From an uncultured Acidobacteriota bacterium (GTDB taxonomy: Bacteria > Acidobacteriota > UBA6911), in the NCBI GenBank assembly GCA_963827655.1, contig CAWHCF010000001.1, forward strand, positions 48,399 to 112,398: 64,000 bases of DNA. The letters are read 5' to 3'. The translations under genes were made by a program, and so were the position numbers. The notes below the pieces were generated by a model. It saw only the letters and a list, made by a program, of their open reading frames with translations. It searched no databases and had not been told where the DNA came from. Shown here one piece after another: positions 10,185 through 20,174 of this stretch. The first letter of the stretch is position 1. Every line of letters begins with the position of its first letter.

Positions 10185-12472
10185 TCATGTGAGAGCTTTC
10201 TCGCCGGCGGCTGGATTGGATGTCTCAAAAATGACCTTCTTGAATCGCTGGTACAGGAATGAAACTGCAAGGAGCAGGCACCCCAGACTGATGAACGAAA
10301 GGACTCGGTACAGCGTTCGCAGAGTCCATATGTCGACCGAGAAGACTTTGACGATCGCCACGAAAAAGAGCGCAATACCGAACAGCCGGATCGGACGATA
10401 GCGATAAAAAATTCCGGCTGCAACCGCTGCAATGGAATACACACTCCAGAGCAGCGACAAGCTCAGTTGCCGGCTGTTCCTCACCTGTGCGGCCAGCGAA
10501 CCAAACTGGGACGCACTCACCTCTTCCCGCCCGGCGGCAGAGCAAGGTGGCGCAATCGGTCTTCATGGTACGCCCACGACTCCTGGGTGATGAGAAAAAC
10601 AGTGACCCCATTCGCCAGCAGAATCAGCCCGGTGTGCACTGGTCGCTCCCAGCGTTCCGTGCTCGAAAAGGTTTCGGCGGTAAAACATCGCCATCAAGTA
10701 GACGGCCGCGATGGCGGCCAGGAAAGAGAATACGCGGCGGTTAAAGACAAGCGTATATCGCGAGAGGGGCTCGAAAGCGTCCCAGGCAAAGAGCCTGAAC
10801 AAGCAGAGGACCAGGACGGCAAATGCAGCCTGCCGGATCCGGACCGACGCAATCCGGAAACCGATCCAGATCAGCACAACCGATTCCGCAGCCCAGCTCA
10901 GCGTGATCCAGTTCTGCTCGAGCTCGATCGGAATCGAGAGCGTGACCAATGTGACCGAAACCCCGATAAAGGCAAGCGCCGCCGTACTCCTCTCGCGGTC
11001 GCGGCTCAGAAGCGGGCGGCGTAAAGGTAGACCAGAGCGAGCGCCAGGGCAAAGGAACCCATCCAGGCGTGGTACTCCGACCAGCGGAGTACGCGGTAGC
11101 TGGCGCCGTAGTAGCCGAGTCCCGTGCCCAGGACGACCAGGATCTCCAGTAAATCGGCCGGGAAGACCGACCAGAGTCTCCCGAGAATACTCTGCAGTAG
11201 AAACGCCAGGAATACTCCAGTGAGCAGGGCGAAAACGAGCAGCCGATCCGGCTCGCGAAAGTCAACCGCGATCCAGAAAGCGATCCCGAGAGCATTCAGG
11301 ACGAAGACACCCGGGGCGATTCGATTCGTTCGAACGCGCAGGCTGGCGCTCAAGGCCACTGCGTCAAAGATCAGCAAAAACCACCAGTAGTATTCCGGAT
11401 CATGGCCTAGAACCGCCTGCGTAGAGATGAAAAAGAGCACCACCGCTGTGGCTTCCAGCAACCCAGGGCTTTTTGCCTTTTCCAACCGGCGTCGCAGGGC
11501 TTCGCAAAGACAAACATAAAGGACAACAAAGAGGACCAGGAAGATCTCGGTCGTCCACAGCGCGTCACGAGTGTAGAAGCGATTACCCCAGTGCCAGAAC
11601 AACCCGACCGTGCCAATGAAGCTCAGCACATTGAGAAAGGGCCAGCTACGCCACAGTGCCAGCAGCCCCATTCCGCCGTCGAGAATCAAGAGGTAACCGA
11701 GCAGTCCTATCTGGTTGTTGGTGTCGGTGCTCAGCCAGTAGGGCGTCAGGATGCCCCCCAGGACTCCAAGAACGGCAAGTGTCTTGCTGGAGTAGCGAGC
11801 CGACAACAGGCTGGCCGCCGCGGTGACAAGCGCCATCAAGAAGAGCGCCGACGCCTGGGGAAGCAAGGAGTAGAAATTGAAAGACGCATAGAGCGACAGG
11901 TAGAGAATCGAGATGCCGCCGCCCGCGACCGCCTGGCCGTAGAGTTTGTATCCCTTCTTCTGAAAGCGCTCACCGGCATACAGGAACGCCAGACCGGAGA
12001 ACGATCCGATAAGCACACGCCCGCCATCGCCAATCCAGCGATTGTCGAAAGCCAGCTTGAGAAAGTAGAGGCAGCCCAGGACGATGGCGAATATGCCGAT
12101 CATCAAGAGCCAGTTGCCGCCGACCAGCGCCTCGAGCTCCGGAGAACCGCGCGGCCGTGGCGGCGGGGTGCATGTTGCGGGAGAAGGCGTGTCACCAGCC
12201 ATCGGCGGCATGGAAGGGGGATGAAATGGCGCCTCACTCTCACTGCGCAGGCCAGCCGGAATCGATGCCTCGGGAGTCTCAACCGCCGCTGATTGAGGGG
12301 GTGACGTCTCGACTTCTCGTTGCCGGCGTTCGACGAGAGAGCGCAGGTTTTCTATTTCGGACCGCAGCCAGGAGACCTGGGCTTCGAGGTTGGCAAACTT
12401 TCTGCTGTACCACAGAATCAGCAGCGCAAGGGCGATTCCCACAAAACCCAGAAAGGCGAACTCAAGCATCAC
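10185..12472 (-). CDS. DUF2339 predicted membrane protein (frameshifts near 11020 and 10600)
   Basis: ELEALVGGNWLLMIG, YFLKLAFDNRWIG, LYLSLYASFNFYSLL, TLSWAAES and C-terminal RVLSFISLGCLLLAVSFLYQR; split over three ORFs. Confidence 0.85.
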
Positions 12473-12582
12473 GAAGCCGCTTCCCTTTCGAAAAGTGTTG
12501 GCGTTTCTTCGTGTCTCTGTGTCCTGGTGGTGTTAGTTACGCAGCGACAACCACGAAGACACGAAGACACAAAGATCGATCT

Positions 12583-13971
12583 CTACGGTTGCCGCACAAA
12601 CTGGGCATTGCGAGCGTCCAGCGCCCGGAAGAGCGCGTCGCGGACCTTGTCGTACTGAGCAGGAATTTCAATTGGCGGGTTGGCAAAGCGGGATTCTACG
12701 TCCGGGATCTCCGAGGCGTGATACTGGGTCTTGAAGCCGGTGAATTTCAGGCCGTGGGCCGTCGAGATTACCACGACCCGCGACCCGCGCGGCACTTCGC
12801 CATGACGGATCAGTTTCTTGAGCGCCGCCAGAGCCACGCCAGTATGCGGGCAGTTGTAAAGGCCCGTGAGATCCCCCTCGGCAGCCGCTTCGGCCAGTTC
12901 ATCCTCGGACGCCTGTTCAACCGATCCGTTGAATTGCTTCAGCACGCGAATCGCTTTTTTGATGCTGACCGGGTTGCCGATCTGGATGGCGCTCGCCATC
13001 GTTGGCTTGGCAGAAACGCCTTCGATGGAGCTGAATCCCCGGAGATAGCTGCGATAGAGCGGATTGGCATTCTCGGCCTGGGCACAGACAATACGCGGCA
13101 ACCGATCAATCAAACCAACGGCCTGCATGATGAGAAAACCCTGCCCCAGAGCGCTGACATTCCCCAGGTTGCCGCCCGGAATGACAATCAAGTCGGGCAC
13201 TCCCCAGTCGAACTGCTGGCACAGCTCGAAGCTGATGGTTTTTTGCCCCTCGACCCGCAGCGAGTTCATCGAGTTCGCCAGGTAGATATTGTGCTTGCTG
13301 GTGATCTCCCGGACGATCTTCATGCAACCGTCGAAATCGGTGTCGATTGCCAGCGTGATCGCTCCATGGGCCAGAGGCTGCACGAGTTGAGCGTGGGAGA
13401 CCTTGTTTTTGGGCAGGAAGACAATTGCCGGGATCCCCGCGGCAGCGCAATATGCGGCCAGCGCCGCCGAAGTATCTCCCGTGGAAGCGCAGGCGACGGC
13501 CGGAATATCCTTCCCCTCATGCCGCATCTGCTTCACCATGCTCACGAGCACGGTCATGCCCAGATCCTTGAACGATCCAGTGTGGCTATTACCGCATTGC
13601 TTGATCCAAAGGTCCTCGACCCCCCAGCGGTACCCGAGCTGTTCGGCCCAGAAAAGATTGCTTCCACCCTCGCAAGTGGACACGATGTTTTCATCCAGGA
13701 TGTCCGGGCAGACAAATTCTTTCTTGCCCCAGACTCCCGACCCGTAAGGCCAGAAGGTGGTCATGAACCGGCTGTCGAATATGTTCTTCCACTCTTCTGG
13801 AGAAGTCATTCTCAGGGGCACTGGATCGTGTATGACTTCCAGCAAGTCATTGCACTTCGGACACTGGTAAATGATCTCGTTGAGGGCGTATTCACCGGGG
13901 CAGCCGCTGATGCACCGAAAGATCGCTCGATATCGCGCCCCAGGGTTGGGGTATTTCAGTGGTATAGGCAT
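12583..13971 (-). CDS. thrC: Threonine synthase
   Basis: [12 protein letters not shown] lysine motif, [43 protein letters not shown]. Confidence 0.93.
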   Translation of the reverse strand: MPIPLKYPNPGARYRAIFRCISGCPGEYALNEIIYQCPKCNDLLEVIHDPVPLRMTSPEEWKNIFDSRFMTTFWPYGSGVWGKKEFVCPDILDENIVSTCEGGSNLFWAEQLGYRWGVEDLWIKQCGNSHTGSFKDLGMTVLVSMVKQMRHEGKDIPAVACASTGDTSAALAAYCAAAGIPAIVFLPKNKVSHAQLVQPLAHGAITLAIDTDFDGCMKIVREITSKHNIYLANSMNSLRVEGQKTISFELCQQFDWGVPDLIVIPGGNLGNVSALGQGFLIMQAVGLIDRLPRIVCAQAENANPLYRSYLRGFSSIEGVSAKPTMASAIQIGNPVSIKKAIRVLKQFNGSVEQASEDELAEAAAEGDLTGLYNCPHTGVALAALKKLIRHGEVPRGSRVVVISTAHGLKFTGFKTQYHASEIPDVESRFANPPIEIPAQYDKVRDALFRALDARNAQFVRQP

Positions 13972-14169
13972 ACAGGATCTGAATCAGTATCGATCGAGCA
14001 TGATTCTACCCTATTTTGTTTCTTTGTAGCCTGGTGTCTCTTCGTGTCTCAGCTAATCAGCGGTCAGCCGTCAGTTCCCGCATCAGCGCCGCAACAGCTT
14101 CACAGGTGCTTGCCTGCAGGGTGGGTGGCGGGGTAACCTTGCTCTCATCCCGAACGGAAAGTAACGCTA

Positions 14170-15726
14170 ATGCAGACCTTGCCCGAGCTGATTCGCTGGC
14201 GCGCGCGTGTGACTCCCGAAATACCTGCTGTCTGGTTCGAGGGAAGGCAGATCACGTATCGCGAGCTTGACCGGCGCTCCAGCCAGGCAGCCAATGCGCT
14301 GATCGAGCGCGGAGTGCGTCCGGGAGATCGCGTCTGTGTCCTGGACCAGAATCACGCCGGGTTCATCGAGCTCATGTTTGGTCTGGCCAAGGCCGGCGCG
14401 GTTTACGTTCCGGTGAATTGGCGCCTCGCGCCACCGGAAGTCCGTTACGTGGTCAATGATTCCGAGGCAAAACTCCTCTTCGTGGGCGGCAGCTTCTGCC
14501 AGATCATCGAAGAGATTGAGGACCAACTCACGACGGTTCGGAAAATCGTTTCTTTTTCAGGTGGCAGTGATGCCTGGGAATCCTACACCGCGATGCTGGA
14601 CGGGGCTTCGGAAGCGGACCCCCGGGTTCAGATCGTCGATTCGGAAACCACGTGGCAGCTTTACACCAGCGGGACCACCGGGAGACCGAAGGGAGCGGAA
14701 TTAACCACGTCAAACCTGTTTTCTGTTTTCGGCTTTGCCCCCGCGCTCTTCGGAGGAATGCGCGAAGGGGAGCGGACGCTGGTCGTCATGCCGCTCTACC
14801 ATATCGGCGGATCCGGCTATGCCCTGATGGCGCTCATCGCCGGGAACACGCTGGTGATGATGCGCGAATTCAACCCGGCCAAAGCCCTCGACATCATTCA
14901 GGAACAGAAGGTGAATCACTCATTCCTGGTGCCGGCCGCCCTCCTGTTCATGCTTCAGGCTGAAAACTCCGCCCGGACCAACTCCTCCAGCCTCCGGGCC
15001 ATCGTCTACGGGGCCTCTCCCATTCCCGAGGACCTGCTGCGACGCGCCATGGATCATTTCCGATGCGAATTCTTTCAGGTTTACGGTCTCACAGAAACGA
15101 CGGGAGGGGTGACGCGCCTGCGCTTCGAGGATCATCATCTCAACGGACCGCTGGCCCGGCGTCTCAAGTCCTGCGGCCAGCCGCTCTTCGGCGTGGAAGT
15201 CCGGGTAGTGGATTCCGAGGGACAGGATGTGGCGCCCGGAGTCATGGGAGAGATTGTTGTGCGAGGTCCCGTGGTAATGAAGGGCTACTGGCACGACCCC
15301 GAGGCCACCGCCAGAGCCATCCGGGACGGCTGGTTGTACACGGGCGATGCCGGTTACCTGGATGAAGATGGCTACATCTATATTCAGGATCGGGTAAAGG
15401 ACATGATTGTCTCGGGCGGCGAAAACATCTATCCCGCCGAAGTGGAGAGCTGCCTTTTCGGACATCCGGCGGTGGCCGACGTGGCGGTCATTGGAATACC
15501 GGATGAACGGTGGGGTGAAGCCGTGAAAGCCGTGGTCGTGTTAAAGCCCGATACGGCGGTCGGCGCCGAAGAGTTGATTGAATTCTGCAAAGGGAAGATT
15601 GCGAACTACAAGAGACCGCGCTCCGTGGATTTCGTAACCGCGCTGCCGAGAAACCCCACCGGCAAGGTTCTCAAGCGAGAGCTCCGCAAACCTTACTGGG
15701 AGGGGAAAGATCGCAACGTAAATTAG
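14170..15726 (+). CDS. Long-chain fatty acid--CoA ligase (FadD-like)
   Basis: YTSGTTGRPKG, YGLTET, GWLYTGD, DRVKDMIVSGGENIYP, LPRNPTGKVLK. Confidence 0.92.
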   Translation: MQTLPELIRWRARVTPEIPAVWFEGRQITYRELDRRSSQAANALIERGVRPGDRVCVLDQNHAGFIELMFGLAKAGAVYVPVNWRLAPPEVRYVVNDSEAKLLFVGGSFCQIIEEIEDQLTTVRKIVSFSGGSDAWESYTAMLDGASEADPRVQIVDSETTWQLYTSGTTGRPKGAELTTSNLFSVFGFAPALFGGMREGERTLVVMPLYHIGGSGYALMALIAGNTLVMMREFNPAKALDIIQEQKVNHSFLVPAALLFMLQAENSARTNSSSLRAIVYGASPIPEDLLRRAMDHFRCEFFQVYGLTETTGGVTRLRFEDHHLNGPLARRLKSCGQPLFGVEVRVVDSEGQDVAPGVMGEIVVRGPVVMKGYWHDPEATARAIRDGWLYTGDAGYLDEDGYIYIQDRVKDMIVSGGENIYPAEVESCLFGHPAVADVAVIGIPDERWGEAVKAVVVLKPDTAVGAEELIEFCKGKIANYKRPRSVDFVTALPRNPTGKVLKRELRKPYWEGKDRNVN

Positions 15727-15753
15727 GCTTGAACCAGCTGGCGTCTGGAGGGG

Positions 15754-16140
15754 CTACCAGATTCGCGGCACCTGGTATCGGTCGAAGATCGGATCGGCGC
15801 TGATGAGGGTGAGACGTTCTTCGGCCACTTGACACACGAGAAGGCGATCGAACGGGTCTCGATGATGAAATGGGAGGCTGGCAGTCCTGGCAACATGGCG
15901 AAATGTAACGTCGAGCTGTTCAATGTCGTTCGCCTGCATTACTGTCGGGATGAAGGACTCTATCGGATCTGCGATCTTGAGCTTGCCGATGCTGCACTTG
16001 ATCGCGATCTCCCAGATGCTGGCTAGGCTGAGAAAGAGGCTATTCTCGGGATCAATGACCAGCTGCTTTGCCTTGGAACTGAATCCGGGCGCACCGCACA
16101 CCATCCACAAGAACGCCTGTGTATCCAGGAGAATCCTCAC
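15754..16140 (-). CDS. vapC: PIN-domain toxin (VapC family)
   Basis: ILLDTQ, SIWEIAIK, HRDPFDRLL, LISAD; overlaps the upstream antitoxin by 4 bp. Confidence 0.92.
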   Translation of the reverse strand: MRILLDTQAFLWMVCGAPGFSSKAKQLVIDPENSLFLSLASIWEIAIKCSIGKLKIADPIESFIPTVMQANDIEQLDVTFRHVARTASLPFHHRDPFDRLLVCQVAEERLTLISADPIFDRYQVPRIW

Positions 16141-16367
16141 GGCATGTAATCTTTGAAATCTTCGAGCGGAGCGTCGAAGTCCGGTGCGATGTAGAGGATC
16201 TTATCCTTTGCTGAGCCAAGCTTTCGGCGCCGCTTGATCTGGCGAAATGGGACGAGTTTTGCCACAGGCTTGTTGTCGCGCGCTATGATCACTTCCTCGC
16301 CCAGCATTGCCTTCTGAACCAGCTCGGAAAGCCGGGCCTTCGCTTCGTGAATATTGAATTGTTTCAT
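16137..16367 (-). CDS. Phd/YefM family antitoxin
   Basis: FNIHEAKARLSELV...GEEVIIARDNKPVAKLVP...DFDAPLEDFKDY. Confidence 0.92.
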   Translation of the reverse strand: MKQFNIHEAKARLSELVQKAMLGEEVIIARDNKPVAKLVPFRQIKRRRKLGSAKDKILYIAPDFDAPLEDFKDYMP

Positions 16368-16387
16368 CCTACGCCTCTCGATTCGAG

Positions 16388-16410
16388 CTTAGTCATTTTA
16401 TCTGACCAAG
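16388..16410. promoter_or_regulatory. Probable antitoxin operator palindrome
   Basis: CTTAGTCA-7 nt-TGACCAAG inverted repeat (1 mismatch) just upstream of the Phd gene. Confidence 0.45.
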
Positions 16411-16898
16411 CACCGTCAGCCAAGTTTTTCCCTTCGCTCGTTGAGACGGCCTCTCGGATTTCGGCCGTCCGCCGCTCGGGTTTAGCCGGCACGGCGTTCC
16501 CCTTCTCACGACTGGATAGTCCGATAATGGAGCACCCGATCCCAACGAAAGCTCTTATCCGATCATGATCGCAGCGCATGAACAGGGAAGCTACGCGCGA
16601 GCCAGCAAGCACTCGCGCTCCGTTTTGTTCAGAAGGTTTCCAAGCGTACGTTGAAAGAAATGATTGAGGCAGACAAGACGGCCGCGAACCACGAGGCAAT
16701 CGCCGATCATTACCACTCGGAGGCCGTTAAGGCTCGTGCCAAAGCCGGTGAGCCATGACCAAACGGCGCCAAATACGCAAAAACCCTTTGGGTTTCTGCG
16801 TTTCTCAGCGGTTCGGTTCGGACCTCCGGTATTGACCACGAAAGATGTAAGGACGATACGCTTCAGTTGCCGATGCCGTCGTGTTTGGTTGGGCAAGC

Positions 16899-18152
16899 CT
16901 AGAAGTAGGCGGGCGCGCCGGCGCGATCCATGACGGACCAGACCGTCTCAACCTTCTCACCGCGGAGGCCGTAAATCCGATCGTACAGATTCACATTGGG
17001 ATCACAGTGCGGGATGATAAGTTCCAGCCGATCCCCCAGCTTGACTTCCCGGCTGGGATTCTCCAGGAGCAGCCTGCCATGTTCGTCGCCGGCAAAGGAG
17101 TACGTCACACCGGTGAGATCGCGCGGCTCCGGCCCGAACTTTCGATCGGTGGCGATCGCCTTGATTCCGCCATCCAGGACAGCCTTGTTACCGGATCTAT
17201 GAATGACCGTAGTGAGCACCGTGAGCGAAGGGGCAAAGTCTTCGTACACGTCGCCGCTCTGTCCGCCGATTCTCCGGTAGTCCACATCCATGAAGACGTA
17301 GGAGCCGACCTGCAACTCCGAAATCCCCTCAATCGAGGAATCGATGTTGTAAGTCCCTGTGCTTCCCCCCGAGAGAATCGCAAGTTCAAAACCGTTCTTG
17401 CGCAGAAGATCCCGGGTCTCGAGCGCTTTGCCCATCGCCTCTTTGGAGCTCGCTTTGCGCGCCTCGAAGCCGACCACATGCGAGGAGTGCCCGGCGTAAG
17501 CGGATATGCCTTTGAGCTGCAGGCTCTTGGCCTTCTGGATCTCCTGGGCCAGCTTCAAGGCCGGCTCACCCGGCTGGGTGCCGGTCCTATTGCTGCCTAC
17601 ATCCAGGTCGAGCATCAGGTTGAGGCGCAGGCGCGCGGCTTCGGCCGCTTCCTGCAGTTCCTTGACGTTATCCGGATGATCCACGGCGACCATCATGTCC
17701 GGACTATTCTTCGCGATCGCGATAAGGCGCTTGATCTTGGGCTTCCCTACCATCTCCGACGTAATCAGTATTCCGGGAATACCGGCCCGCGACATGACCT
17801 CCGCTTCGGCTATGGTCGCCGCGCAAATCCCGCGCGCGCCCGCCTTGATCTGGCGCTGCGCAATCTCGACACACTTGTGGGTCTTAGCGTGCGGCCTCAG
17901 ATCGATCGAATTACTCCGCGAATGTCCCGCCATCTTCTCGATGTTAGCCTCGAAGCGATTGAGATCCAGAAGCAAGCATGGAGTCGGCAGGTCAGACCGG
18001 GACATGCCGGCCAACGAGTCCTTTTTCTGCATTTTCTTATCCATCTCCCTCCGGGTGTAGCTCTCGTGTTTGGCAAACAGGAGTGTTGGCGCGAGGTAAA
18101 CGGGAGAGGTTGCCAAAATTGACGTCACGAATTTTCGTCGATTCGGTTTCAT
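16899..18152 (-). CDS. DSD1/D-threonine aldolase family PLP-dependent enzyme with Tat-like signal
   Basis: LPTPCLLLD, LRPHAKTHKC, SGGSTGT, ELQVGSYVFMD, GDEHG, PHCDPNVNLYD; N-terminal NRRKFV. Confidence 0.88.
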   Translation of the reverse strand: MKPNRRKFVTSILATSPVYLAPTLLFAKHESYTRREMDKKMQKKDSLAGMSRSDLPTPCLLLDLNRFEANIEKMAGHSRSNSIDLRPHAKTHKCVEIAQRQIKAGARGICAATIAEAEVMSRAGIPGILITSEMVGKPKIKRLIAIAKNSPDMMVAVDHPDNVKELQEAAEAARLRLNLMLDLDVGSNRTGTQPGEPALKLAQEIQKAKSLQLKGISAYAGHSSHVVGFEARKASSKEAMGKALETRDLLRKNGFELAILSGGSTGTYNIDSSIEGISELQVGSYVFMDVDYRRIGGQSGDVYEDFAPSLTVLTTVIHRSGNKAVLDGGIKAIATDRKFGPEPRDLTGVTYSFAGDEHGRLLLENPSREVKLGDRLELIIPHCDPNVNLYDRIYGLRGEKVETVWSVMDRAGAPAYF

Positions 18153-18279
18153 AGGTTCCCTCGTAAGTCTGCCGAGTTGGTTCAGCAGCGCGCTCGCATC
18201 GCTGATGAGAATTTATCCTTAAGTGAACGGAGAGCGCAATGAAATAAACGTGTCCTGGCGTCTTGCTTAGTGGCGGTTG

Positions 18280-19002
18280 TTACTTCTTCGGTTCGGACGG
18301 ACGGAGTTCAACCCGGCTCGGGAGAGCGCGTGGATCCATCTCCAGCAGGTCCACAACAACCTCGGCGACATCCTCGGGCCACAGCTTCCACGTGTTCGAG
18401 CGCTTGTGTTCCTTTTCCTGGCCGAAGTCGGTGTTCACCGAGCCCGGCATGACGTAACTGACCCGGATATGGTCGTGACGAACCTCCTGCATTAACGCCT
18501 CCGAAAAGCCGATCAGTCCGAATTTCGAAGCGTTGTAAGCCGCTCCCCCGGGAAAAGCATTTTTGCCGGCCAGGCTGCCGATATTGATGATGTAGCCTCC
18601 GCCGCGGCGCTTCATCAGTGGAAGGGCTTCGTGGCAGCAATAGAAAACCCCGGACAGATTCGTTTCGAGAGTCGCTTTCCATTCATCGACGGGCATTTTC
18701 TCGACGTAGCTGTAGGAGCCGACTCCTGCGTTATTGACCAGAATGTCGAGACCGTCCAATTTCTTGCCCGCTTCCTGGATCATTGCGCGCACCTGATCGA
18801 AGTCTCGGACATCGCACGCAGTTCCCGCAACTCGCTCGGTGCCCTTTGATCGGAGCGCCGCGACGGTACGGTCGACATCCTCCTTCTTCCGGGCGCAAAG
18901 AAAAAGGCTTGCGCCCCGGCTGGCGAGCGCATGCGCAATTGCCAGTCCAATACCGCGTGTGCCGCCGGTCACCAGCGCTGACTTTCCTGCGATTCTGCTC
19001 AT
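18280..19002 (-). CDS. Short-chain dehydrogenase/reductase
   Basis: TGGTRGIG, NNAG, YNASK. Confidence 0.92.
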   Translation of the reverse strand: MSRIAGKSALVTGGTRGIGLAIAHALASRGASLFLCARKKEDVDRTVAALRSKGTERVAGTACDVRDFDQVRAMIQEAGKKLDGLDILVNNAGVGSYSYVEKMPVDEWKATLETNLSGVFYCCHEALPLMKRRGGGYIINIGSLAGKNAFPGGAAYNASKFGLIGFSEALMQEVRHDHIRVSYVMPGSVNTDFGQEKEHKRSNTWKLWPEDVAEVVVDLLEMDPRALPSRVELRPSEPKK

Positions 19003-19055
19003 GAAAGACCCTTCTTACCGCGAAGACTCCAAAGACGCCAAGAATTTCGTTTTTA

Positions 19056-19490
19056 TCATTCATCACGATCGGATTCGGCCAGTTGTACAATCGTGCCGTG
19101 CGCCCGCGTTGGAGAAATAAAAGCTTCCTTCCACGACGCATTGCTGTAGTTCTCCCCCACGATTCGATACCCGGCCGCCTTGAGCTTTTGCACCAGCGCC
19201 TCGATGCGCACCACCTTGAAGGTCAAATGATGGACTCCTTCCCCTCTCTCACGTAGAAACTTGGCCACGAAGCCGTCGTCGTTCAGCGGCTCCAACAGCT
19301 CAATTTTCCCTCCGTTCGGATAACGGTACTGCTCGAAACGAAAGCCTTCCTTGCGCTGGTCGTGTCCGAAAAGAAATTCGCCGCCTAGAACATCGCCATA
19401 CAACTTCGAAGCTTCCCTGATGCTATGAACCGCGAGGGCAGTATGATCGAGTTTCAAGATATGTTCGCGGAACTCGGATAAGTCAGTCAT
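19056..19490 (-). CDS. VOC family protein, methylmalonyl-CoA epimerase-like
   Basis: LDHTALAV, IELLEP, FLRERGEGVHHLTF, AFISP...GTIVQL. Confidence 0.8.
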   Translation of the reverse strand: MTDLSEFREHILKLDHTALAVHSIREASKLYGDVLGGEFLFGHDQRKEGFRFEQYRYPNGGKIELLEPLNDDGFVAKFLRERGEGVHHLTFKVVRIEALVQKLKAAGYRIVGENYSNASWKEAFISPTRAHGTIVQLAESDRDE

Positions 19491-19738
19491 CCCACCTCCA
19501 GAATCATGATGACGTCACCTTCTCTCACGCTCGCGCCTTCCGAGGCAAAAATCTTTCGCACCAGGCCTTTGACCGGCGACTCGATCGGCATTTCCATCTT
19601 CATTGATTCCATGATAACCAGCGTGTCTTCTTCGACCACCGCCTGCCCTTCGGCCACCACGATTTTCCAGAGGTTACCGGTAATGTGCGCCCTGGATTTC
19701 AATTGCGGATTTCGGATTGCGGATTTCGGATTTACCAA
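19487..19738 (-). CDS. Stand-alone biotin carboxyl carrier protein
   Basis: AHITGNLWK...MESMKME biotin lysine motif. Start uncertain: ATG 19754 would fit if one base is removed near 19694. Confidence 0.85.
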   Translation of the reverse strand: MVNPKSAIRNPQLKSRAHITGNLWKIVVAEGQAVVEEDTLVIMESMKMEMPIESPVKGLVRKIFASEGASVREGDVIMILEVG

Positions 19739-19840
19739 CCTGTTCTTCAGTCATTAAAGCATCCAGCGGGTTTCCAACGGAACCCCCGCCCACACCTCTT
19801 TGTTTTTCAGTCCGCAATCCGCAATCTGCAATCTGCAATC
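19694..19840. repeat. Inverted heptamer arrays (GGATTGC/GGATTTC ... GCAATCC)
   Basis: Left array 19694-19733, right array 19808-19840. Confidence 0.85.
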
Positions 19841-19841
19841 G

Positions 19842-20174
19842 TTAGATGTTCCACTCGTCCGGAACCTGGACGTTCATCCGCATCAGCGCCGCCGCATAAG
19901 TCTTCCCCTGCGGATCGATGCGCAAGGAGGCGGTCCCTCCTCCACCGAGCGCGCGCGTCAGCACAAAATTGAAAGCATGAATCTTCGGCAGATCGTAGCG
20001 CTTGACGGTCCCCTGGCAGAAGTCGCCGAAATGCGCCTTGACGCGCTCTTCCGTCACCTGCTCGGCGATCAGCGAGTAGTACTCGGGCCTGCGCGCAATG
20101 ATTCCGCAGTTCAGCGTATCGCCCTTGTCGCCGCTGCGGCCATGAGCAATCCGGGCCAGCGCAACTTCCTTCAC
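19842..20174 (-). CDS. AtuA-related small protein
   Basis: IAHGRSGDKGD, RYDLPKIHAFNFVL, LGGGGTASLRIDPQGK. Confidence 0.85.
   Translation of the reverse strand: MKEVALARIAHGRSGDKGDTLNCGIIARRPEYYSLIAEQVTEERVKAHFGDFCQGTVKRYDLPKIHAFNFVLTRALGGGGTASLRIDPQGKTYAAALMRMNVQVPDEWNI

Noticed and set aside
12157-14136. Long ORFs such as 12157..14136, 16881..18122, 22636..24084, 36685..37920 and 47754..48935
   Set aside because: Antisense shadows of well-supported genes in high-GC DNA, with no motifs.
15725-16902. TA module inside an IS-like element (TAGGCTTG ... CAAGCCTA)
   Set aside because: Only 8 bp match, no clear target duplication and no transposase.
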